Notes under the pieces: generated by a model
Database searches by the model: none
What the model was told of the DNA's origin: nothing
The model's input: the letters and a program-made list of their open reading frames with translations, nothing else
Part shown: piece by piece, positions 53,463 to 64,000 of the stretch
Layout: every line of letters starts with the position of its first letter
How positions within the stretch are numbered: the stretch's first letter is position 1
Position numbers and translations under genes: made by a program
DNA from: Bigelowiella natans CCMP2755
Taxonomy: Eukaryota > Protista > Cercozoa
Length of the DNA: 64,000 bases
Direction: 5' to 3'
Assembly (NCBI GenBank): GCA_000320545.1
Contig: ADNK01001164.1
Location: 1-64,000, forward strand

Positions 53463-53494
<32 letters not shown>

Positions 53495-54265
53495 ATCACT
53501 ACAGGTCAACTTTAATTTCTGTTGATGAGAATGGAGGTGCTCTGCTAGTGAATTTCCACAAAGCAGTCGTGTTGTGCCAGTTTCAGGTAATAATACTGCT
53601 GCTGCTGCTGTACCACTACTACTATCCATTCCAAATTATAGGAACAACTAACTACAACTACATCAAACAACAACTACGACATACTAAATGTTGCTGCTCG
53701 TTCTATTGTCCCAGTTTAAGGCTAAAGTGCTAGACCTGCAATTTTCCCCTGATATGAAATTCATCGCTGTAACTTCTGAGCAAGTAGGAACAAAGCTAGC
53801 ATAGAAAAGACGACGATATTTAGAATATATCCTATTATTGTTATTAATATTATCATGATTATCATTATTATCGTATCATCAACTACCTCATGGATTCTGT
53901 ACTTGGCACATGATCATCATCATATTGAGATATATATTACACCTGATGCTGATTATCTATCAATTGACTGCTCGCTACTAATTGATTTAAAATTGGTCAT
54001 ATATTCCTATTCTATACAGCATATCCAAATATGGAAAGCGCCCCCTCTTGTGTCTCAATTCCGACCCTTTCATCTCATCAGAACGTACAATTTGATGATG
54101 ATGATGATAGTAATGATAACGATGAAGATTCATGGCTAGTGATACCTGCCAAAACTGTGTAAAAATGTGAATGGAAAAAACCAAACTCTGGGAGAATCAA
54201 TACAGGGACACATATTGTAGTAGTAGTGTAGTGTTATTCGTGACAATAACATACAAAGTAATGGG

Positions 54266-54296
<31 letters not shown>

Positions 54297-54380
54297 AGGT
54301 TCACAGGACATTATGATGACGTTTTATGCCTAACATGGTCACCGGATAGGTAAACAACAACGACGGGCTTCCTTTTCTTC

Positions 54381-54416
<36 letters not shown>

Positions 54417-55146
54417 ATAATAATAATAATAATAATAATCATAATCATAATGATGATTATGATATCCATCTATACTGACTGACTACTGTACCTTTATTTA
54501 GTATCATTACAGAGCCAAAACATGATGCTTGCTAGCATACTATACCACGCTATACTATACTGATAATTACGAACATGATTCTTATTCTTTGCAGCAAATT
54601 CTTGATATCTGGATCACGAGATATGGCTTGCCGGTAATATAATTAACAAAAATAAATTATTCAATAGTATTGAAAATTATAGAGCAATAGATAATGATAA
54701 TAGTGATCATGTGTACAAGCAGTTTAATACTGCAACCAAGCACGGGAATTTCATATAATACAATATATATATATATATATATATATAATATGTTTATGTG
54801 AAAGAAAGAGGGGAAAACACGATGATGATTATGATAATGTCACAGAAGAAGAGTTTAATTCAATACATATAAGCTCTTTTCTGTTGATATATTGTTGATA
54901 TCTTCTTTTTTCATTGTTCTTGTTGTTGTGCTCACTTTTCTCTTCTTCTCCTTCTTCTTCTTCTTTCTTGGAGGCTGTATTCTGCTGAGCCAATCAAAGG
55001 ATATCTACCCATTACTTTGACAGGACATCGAAACCATGTAAGTGAAAGAGAAGATGGAAAAAGAAGCAGAAGAGGAAGAGGAAGAAGAAGATCATGATGA
55101 TTGAGAAACAACAAAAAGAAGCCAACGGTGGCACAACAGCGTGCGT

Positions 55147-55190
<44 letters not shown>

Positions 55191-55730
55191 AGAGGAGTCT
55201 TGATACATAGTATTATCATCATGATCATCATCATTGACAGCAGCAGCTGATGCGACATTTCTATAAAGATAGGAGGAGGAGTTACATTAAATATAGTAGT
55301 AGTAGTATCATCACTTATATATGATTTCTTATCAGATCGTAGGTGCCTTCTTCCGATATGGATTGAAACCTGGTACTGCTACTACTGCTACTACTGCTAC
55401 TACTGCTACTACTACTACTACTTGCTTATACATCATTGTAAGTATCACAATCGTCATCATCATCATTATCATCATCATCATCATTGGCTAAATACCTCTT
55501 CTCTTCCAACTTCTACTATAACTAATGAAGGAATGGATGAAAGTCTCTACACTGTTGCTAAAGATGGTGCTCTTTTTACCTGGAAGTTTGTTCCCATAGA
55601 CCAAGATGAAAAGGGTCGTACTGCATGCTATTCATATTATTGAGATCAATATCAATAATATCATATTCGTAATATCATGCCTACCATCAATCGATAGATA
55701 ACCTTGCTGCTGAGGAGTTGGTTGTATCAG

Positions 55731-55761
<31 letters not shown>

Positions 55762-55836
55762 GGTTTGTTGTATCAGTTGTTGTTGTTGACAACAACTATT
55801 CTGTTTTTTGAAATATGACACACGCAAACACAGACA

Positions 55837-55890
<54 letters not shown>

Positions 55891-56183
55891 GCTCTATTTG
55901 AACAAGCATCATCATCCATTATGACGAAGTATGATGTGAAGAAGACGATATGAGTCGGGATTAGATTAGCACACCTAATGGCTTGATCATAATAATTACC
56001 ATTATCATCATCATCATCATCAACAGCCTATCAACATATATTATCGTTGCCATTATTATTCATGTTATTTATTATTATTACAATTACTATTATGTTCCAT
56101 TATATAGGTAGAAGGTTTGGCGTCGGTAGAAGCTTTAAGAAAAGAGATCAAATCGAAGCAATATCTGGTAGTTCTGGCAATAG

Positions 56184-56215
<32 letters not shown>

Positions 56216-56663
56216 TATATATGTAGAATCCTTTGGCTACTAACTCGAACAACCTTGATTGTAGATGACGCACATTGGATAGCAAAGTGCAATGTGGTTA
56301 TGGTAAAATAATAAATAAAGTACTTAATACTTTTAACATTACTCCTATGAGTCAAATCGGTGTCCATCATTATCATGAATCATCATGAATCATCATCATA
56401 ATCCTATTATTACTAATGCTGCTACTGCTACTTGCTACTTGCTGCTGCAGGTAAAGAAGCACTATTTTCAACAAAATCATGCCAAAGTCGTGTGCGCTGC
56501 CCTCCATCACTCTAACAAGGTAGGAAGTAGTAGCAGCAGTAATTGTAGTAGTAGTAGTAGTAGTAGCAGTAGTAGTATTAATGACGATGACGATGATAAT
56601 GATGATGGAGAAAACTTGGATTAGATTTGTAAAAACTGCGTGACCGATCGACGTGTCAGTGAG

Positions 56664-56702
<39 letters not shown>

Positions 56703-56707
56703 GAGAG

Positions 56708-56746
<39 letters not shown>

Positions 56747-57247
56747 TGATAGGTAAATGTCTAAATCTGTAATCACCATATCTTCTACTCTCTAACCCTA
56801 ATATGTTTCTTCTTCTTCTTGTTGTTGTTGTTGTTGTTGTTGTTGTCGTTCTAATATTACTACTCCTACTACTCTCAGATAAGCGAACTACTGGTTGTTG
56901 GATTTGACACTGGGGTAGTAATAATAATAATACTACTACACGACTACAACTACACCATGATCATCATGATCATTGTCCACTTAGCACTGACTCAGTACTC
57001 CCACATATATTATTTGTTATCATTATTATCTATTACAACTAGCTAGTAGTAGTGTTAATAGTAGGAATAGCAGCATCAAGCCATGAATCATGTACAAGCA
57101 GCAGCTTGTGCAATATAATCTTGATCGTTTACAATCATTGTAACACATCATCTACTACTGCTACTTATTATTATTATTATTATCATCCTTATACCTACCC
57201 TCTACTCTCTTCCTTCTCTATTGGCAGTTGTTTTATTATCATTGTCA

Positions 57248-57281
<34 letters not shown>

Positions 57282-58105
57282 CATTATTATACATGTGTGC
57301 CTTACATCATCCTACCCCCCCCCCCCCCTCCCTTCCCTCCTCTCAAACGAGGTAGGTAGGTAGGATGGATGGATGTTGATGCTGATATTGATATAAATGT
57401 TGTTGTTGTCGTGATCATTATTATAAAAAAGAAGAAGCACCATGATTATTAGCTACAAACAGGTTTTTGGCTTGTTCGAAATGCCAGAGTTTAACATGAT
57501 CCACACCTTATCAATATCCCAAAAACGAATAACATCTGGTAAATAACTACTTACATAGAGATGATGCTACATACACATGCTGCCACCACACCACCACATA
57601 TAATCCCATTAGTTGTTTATTTAATGGAGATCATGATATTTGCATGTACCAGTGTTAGCACTTATTTTTGGCTAAGATATCTCTCTCAGTTTTTTATTTG
57701 CTTGATCATTGATAATAAAATCTACAGCTTCTTCTCTATTATTGTCACCGTGTCATCATCATCATCATCATCCTTTAATGAACGATTACTTGATGCAGTT
57801 GCTATTAACACCACGGGAGAGTGGCTGGCTTTTGGGTCAGAAAAACTAGGTAATAGTAGTAGCAATAGTAACATTACCAGACAACCACTAGTAGCTATAT
57901 TTTCTGTTTTATATGCTTCATCAAGCGGTGAATAGTACCCATACGGCAGCAGCATCAGCAATATCAGCTCAATAGTAGCTTGATCAGATGATCCATTGAT
58001 TTATATATGATGATGATGCCAATGATGATGTTCCATTATAAGCTACTTCTTCTGCTATATATTCGTACAATTATGTTCTTCCTACTATATCTTATTGTAT
58101 CTACC

Positions 58106-58158
<53 letters not shown>

Positions 58159-60753
58159 TTGTGTGTAGTAGTGTATTAGTAGTGATTTGTCGTTCCGTTG
58201 TTGTTGTTGTTATTGTTATTGTTGTTGTTGTTCTTATGTTGTTATGACGCTACTACTACTACTACTACTACTACTACATTTATTACTACCAGGACAACTT
58301 TTGGTGTGGGAGTGGCAATCTGAAACGTAAAATTATATAAATATTATGTTTATTGTTAATTGTTATTTTTAGTGGCAGTCGTAGAATAGAATCGAAGATG
58401 AATGATGATGACCTGCTACCTTCTACTACTACTACTACTACTACTATTATCATATGTAGATATATCTTGAAGCAGCAAGGACATTTCTTTGACATGAATA
58501 GCATTGCATATTCTCCTGATGGCCAGCTCATTGCTACAGGTATTACCACCGCCTATTATTCTTCAACTTAAGCATTTCTTTCACGTTTTTATGCTTTTAG
58601 CCCCCCTCGTTAATTGAAGTCTATCTAAAAAAAATGAATCCTATCTTCTTCTTCTTCTTCTTCTTCTTCTTCTTCTTGTGTTGTTATTCTTAAGATCAAA
58701 CTTTCCATTTAGTGTTAGGAACGTTAGAAATTTAATTATTGTCGTATTACCATTCATTTACTAATTGATTGATTTATCAAGGAGGAGATGACGGCAAAGT
58801 AAAGCTTTGGAATGCATCCACAGGGTTGTTGGTTTATTGTGAGTGTGATGATGATGATGATGGTGACCTGTCTTTTCATCTAATTCTTTCCAGTACAAAA
58901 TATTAAGAATAAAAGAGGAAGTGTACGACTAATTAACGAATAATTTGATCATCATCATTCTCATCATCATTAGATTCTGTTTCGTGACATTCTCTGAGCA
59001 CACAGGACCTGTAAGATGATGATGATGATGATATACGACTAGTGTAGATTATAATAAGAATGCAATAAAATGATGATGTTGGCATCGTTTGTGAAGTATT
59101 TTATTTTGCCCCTCCCTCTTGAGAATAAAATCAACATTAATTAATTATTTGTGAGGGTATATTTGTTCTTCTAATCGCCGTAGGTAGAAGATGCATTTTG
59201 GCCATTATGTCTTTTGTTTGATATTTATCTACTCATAAAATTGATTATAGGTTAATCAAGTTGTGTTTTCCTCGAAAGGAAATGTTGTGGTTTCTTCCAG
59301 CCTTGATGGGGTATTTCATGATGATGATGTGATGATGTGATGATGATGATGGTGATGATGATAATGATGATGATGGCGGTGTAGGTTGTTAGATAAAATG
59401 AGGTAGAAAAGAAACAAAAAGAAGAAGAAGAAGAAGAAGAAGAAGAAGAAGAATATGAAGAAGAGACTCTCTTTTGTCTATCTTATACACAAACACATAA
59501 TGTATACATCAGCAAAATACTACTCATACTAATATTCGTAACTGATACTAATACTAATGCAATTAATCTCCTGTGAAAAGAATAAAGTAAAGTAACAAAA
59601 ATGGCAATATTTGTGATAACAACTAATGATGACAATGAACAATCTCGTTTCCTACCATCATTTACTGACTATTACTTGATCCCCCCTGGTGTTTGTAATT
59701 ATTTATCTCTGATTCAATTGGTACTTACTGCTCGTTGAAAGACTGTTCGGGCATTTGATCTCGTTAGGTTGGAGAGTAGTAGTAGTAGTAGTAGTAGTAG
59801 TTATGATGATGATGATAATGATGAGGAAAGGTGGAGGAGGGGGAATGAGGAGGTGATCGATGATAAGTGGAAGGATGTGGAAAATGTGCTCCTCCTCCTC
59901 ATAGCTACTAATTATTCATGTCGATAACAAACATGCTGTATCTTATCTTATAGCTAATTATTCATGTCGATAACAAACATGCTGTATCTTATCTTATTTA
60001 TACGTCGTACTCACTTACTACTGCAAGATACCGGAACTTTCGCACGTTTACGTCACCAGAGCCAACTCAATTCACTTGTTTAGCACTAGACAACTCTGGA
60101 GAAATGGTAGTACGATCATGTTGATTACTAAGTATTTATGCATAGATGATGATAAGAGTGATGATGATGATGAAACAGCTTTTGTACGAAACAAAGTACC
60201 ATCATTACAAGTAATTGTGTGTCGTAGTAGTTGATATCTGATAACTATTGATGGTTTGGCACTAGGTTGTAGCAGGAAGCTTGGATCCGTTTGAAGTATA
60301 TGTCTGGTCCTTAAGAACAGCAAGGTGAGGAGGAGGAGGAGTCATTATTGTGTAAGTGTGTATCTGTGTTTGTGTGTGTGAAAGTAATGTACGTGTGCAT
60401 GAAAATTAATATAATAGCAACAAGCAGTGTGCATGTACTATGATGATGTGTAGGTGTATGTGTGTTTGCCATCACCACTATCTATCATCCTTGCACTACT
60501 ATAGAAAAGAAGAACTATTCGAAGTTTCTCTTCCCTCCACGCTTGTATGTATAGTGTTAGTGATACACTTACTTCCTCCTCCTCCTCCTCCTCCTATAGC
60601 CTTCATCATCATTATCTTCTTCCTCTTCTTTCTTGATGAGCAGATTATTAGACGTTCTCTCGGGTCATACGGGGCCTCTATCAGGCGTGCTATTTAACCC
60701 AGGTAGGGTAGTACTACTACTATTAGTACTTGTCCTAATCAAATCATCATCAT

Positions 60754-60791
<38 letters not shown>

Positions 60792-61221
60792 CAGCACATC
60801 CTTACTTGATATCTTCATCGTGGGACAAGACTGTGCGAATTTGGGATGTATACAATCGTAAGGTGGTGCTGCTGTATGTATGTAGTAGTTGCTGATGAAA
60901 GTCTTTCTTTGCAATGAGGATGAAGATGATGATGATGATGATGATGATGATGATAAGTGTAAGATCACATATCCTCTTACTGTTTTATTCTTAATAGTAT
61001 AAATAAATACTGTAAATCAATCATAATTCCGTATTCATCATCATCATCGTCGTTCATCTTTATCATCATTTTCATCATTATCATCATCATCAATTCTACC
61101 TTAGGTTGCTGTGGAAAGCTTAGATCACAGTGGGGAGGTGCTATGTGTAGCTGTGAGGCCTGATGGTGACCAGGTACTACTACTGCTACTAGTAGTATTA
61201 GGACTAGTATTTGTAGTATTT

Positions 61222-61252
<31 letters not shown>

Positions 61253-62225
61253 CAGTAGTAGTGGTAGTGATGAATAGCTTCTAGCGATGATAATGCTGAT
61301 ACTATACTAATACTTTAGGTATGTTCTGCGGACTTAACAGGGCAGCTGTACTTTTGGGATCCACAGGTAATATATTGTAGATCTGCTGTCTTCGAGGATG
61401 GATTGGTGATCATGAACAAAGAAGAAAGGCTGTTAGTTGTAGTAGTAGTCGTAGTAGTAGTCGTAGTAGTAGTAGTAGTAGGAGGAGGAGGAGGAGGAGG
61501 AGGAGGAGGATGGAGGACAAAAGGAAGAAGATGTGTCTATGGGAATGAGAATAATAACCCCAATAGTTGGGTAACAACCTGTGAATAATACGAATAATGG
61601 TGATTATTGATGATCGCATACTTTTCTCTTTCAGGATGGCACGCTTTGAAGGCACAATTGAAAGGAAGAAAGGACATTATGGGGGGAAGAAGAAGGGATG
61701 ATGCAAGAGAGGTACTAATACTGCCTCAGTTACCACTCATCATAACTTCATTGATGACGACGGATGTGGGTCTATGAGTATGTGTGTGTGTGTGTGTGTG
61801 TGTGAAGTTGTCAGAGACACCAAATCTGTATTATTTGTTATTAATGTAACACGATGATGATGTTGTTTGATCTAGTTAAGTATACTCTATCTTGTTCTAT
61901 ATAATAATAGGCTAAAAATGCAACGCATTCTCTGGCATTTACGAGCTTATGCTACTCTGCAGATGGAAAATGCATATTAGCAGGGTAGTAGTAGTACTGT
62001 ATTGTTAGTAATATTACCACCTTCTTGTGATATTAATAAAGTCATCAACAATGATTTCTACTATTGTTCTCAATGGAATGACGATGAATCATCACCCCAT
62101 CCTTCTTTTTGCCTCCTGTGTTTGCATATTTATTCAATGTGACATGATAAAAAGTACATGAAGATCTTTATTCAATGTGACATGAAAACAAGTACATGAA
62201 GAATACTTTCTCTACTTACGTATGT

Positions 62226-62257
<32 letters not shown>

Positions 62258-62922
62258 TGTACATGTATACAGCTATGTATTAAATTATCGTTATTATTTA
62301 TTATCTTATCAGAGGCAACTCCAAGTATGTGTGTATATATCATATTCAACAACGAGTTCTGCTGAAACGATTTGAGATCACGAATAACTTGTAATAATAC
62401 ACAGAAGATGCCAATACAATACACACGACACGAACAAGACAACTTATCTGATATTATTGATTATTCATAATTATTATAAAAATGATGAAGACAAGGATGG
62501 TGATGATTATGATGATGATGATGATGATGATGATGATGGTGATAGGAGTGCAGACTAGAACGGTGGTGTTAGTGAAACAATGAGGTCACAATTTATGGAA
62601 GATTCTGAGGCAACATAGAGGAGGAGGAGGAGGAGGAGGAAGAGGAGAGGAGAGTGAAACATCGAGTATATGAGTGTCATTATCATCGTTGTCAGTCATC
62701 GTTATAATGGGTTTTCACCGAAAATAATAGCGCTACTACTACTACTACTACTGCTGCTGCTGCTGTTGTGATATGGCTATCAGGTCTCTGGATGGGATTT
62801 TGACATATCTCAACTCTAAAAACATGACTGAAGTTAGTTTACGACTACTACTACCACGAAATCATTCATTACCCATTAATAATCTACTAATCCGTATTTA
62901 TCACAAAGTGCTCAATTATCCA

Positions 62923-62960
<38 letters not shown>

Positions 62961-64000
62961 GGAGCTACCATACGATGAGCATGTGTTTTCCTTCTTTTTC
63001 CTCTTTTTCTTCTTCTTTTCTAACTCCTTACATTGCAGGCAGGGCCGTTGGCTTTAATCGACGACGAAGATGGTAGTAGTATCGTAGCAGCAGCAGCTTA
63101 CTATGTGTGGTGGGGGTGGTGCTGCTGGTGGCGAGAGTTGTATCACAATATGTATAGTAGTAGTAGTAGTAGTAGTAGTAGTGGGTATGGTCAGTTTTAA
63201 TGTTGCATTTTGTTCGTTATATTCTCTTTTTCTTGTTGTTTTTCTTGTTGTCTCAGGTGGAAGTGGCAGTGATAAAGAAGACTTTAAGGACAATTCCTTG
63301 CCAGGTTGTTGTTGCGTAGTAATATGTTTGATGACTATCAGCATGACCAATAGCAATTAGTTCATATTTGTTGTTTGTGATTCTGCACCTTTTCACTTGA
63401 ACGAATTCATCTTGTTATGTATCATTGTGTGTGTTTCAGTGATTGATGCATCACCATCATCGTAGGCATCACTATCATCATCATCATCATCATCATCATC
63501 ATTATATCATCAGTACATTTGTTATTCTATTTATAATTAATCAAAGGTGCAAAGAGGTCTGATTTCAGCAAGAGGTGATGTGATATACTTGGATGCTACT
63601 GCCAATACTATATTTCTTTCTTTCTCTATCGTCGTTCTTATCGTTGTATGTGTACCGTATTCATATGATGGCATATTATAAGAGTGTTTGTATTGTACTT
63701 GCTATTATTCAAATCCAACATTCGTGATGGTAAACTACGATGTTGCTTTTTTTCAAATGGGCCAACATCTGCTTGGACTGCTGCTACTACTTGCTGCTAG
63801 TATGTGTGCTACTTGTAGAAGATAAGTGTAAACTTAACTACCAACAATATTGGAATAATCGTGATATTGTATGATCGTTTTGATGGGATGACGATGCAGC
63901 ATCTCTACCCTCCACCACTTATTAGAAGACCTTTCTTTATATTGTGATCATTTAGGAAAACTCCATTAGTTGCCCGTACAAAGTGCGTTAAGTTTTCGCC
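52469..64000 (+). CDS. PWP2: Periodic tryptophan protein 2 (PWP2/UTP1), WD40 SSU-processome subunit; 3' end beyond the window; more than 30 introns
   Basis: MKFNFQ|FSNLCGTVYRQGNILFTPDGNSVLSP|VGNRVS..; GQLLVWEWQSET|YILKQQGH; GGDDGKVKLWN; FSEHTGP; TVRAFDLVR|YRNFRTFTSP; GGNSKYVCIY; SLDGILTYLNSKNMTEAGPL; TKCVKFS at the window end. Confidence 0.97.

Noticed and set aside
952-63360. Numerous short ORFs of poly-L/I/M/V/Y or HTHT/YIYI
   Set aside because: Translations of intronic or antisense microsatellites.
1-64000. Nucleomorph or prokaryotic origin, CRISPR arrays, rRNA or tRNA genes
   Set aside because: Long SSR-filled spliceosomal introns and a TTAGGG telomere indicate host nuclear DNA; repeats lack repeat-spacer structure; no RNA gene was recognisable by eye.

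Overview
Left end of a eukaryotic nuclear chromosome. (TAACCC)n telomere at 1-147, then nine intron-rich, microsatellite-laden genes, mostly in head-to-head pairs: a divergent PABP-like gene (-), a GH13 alpha-amylase missing its catalytic core (+), an RsuA/RluB-family pseudouridine synthase (-), a DEAD-box helicase (+), a ~14 kb unknown gene (+), a triple-MSP-domain gene (-), a beta-helix protein with a signal+transit+twin-Arg leader (+), a ZNG1/CobW GTPase (-) and PWP2 (+, runs off the window). The leaders and telomere suggest an alga with a secondary plastid, most plausibly a chlorarachniophyte (inference). The main finding is mutational. Intergenic blocks downstream of gene 3' ends (about 150-510, 9300-11000, 18100-21050, 35340-36420, 44740-45560) are depleted of TpA and rich in TpG/CpA, with no TA at all over ~860 bp at 19856-20714. 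The surviving TAs are mostly in CTAG, duplicated copies differ by TA/TG/CA swaps, and a decayed element ORF has almost no Tyr. Introns and (TA)n microsatellites are untouched. This looks like a region-targeted TpA->TpG/CpA hypermutation, the mirror image of fungal RIP. All counts and exon models are by eye and need computational confirmation.
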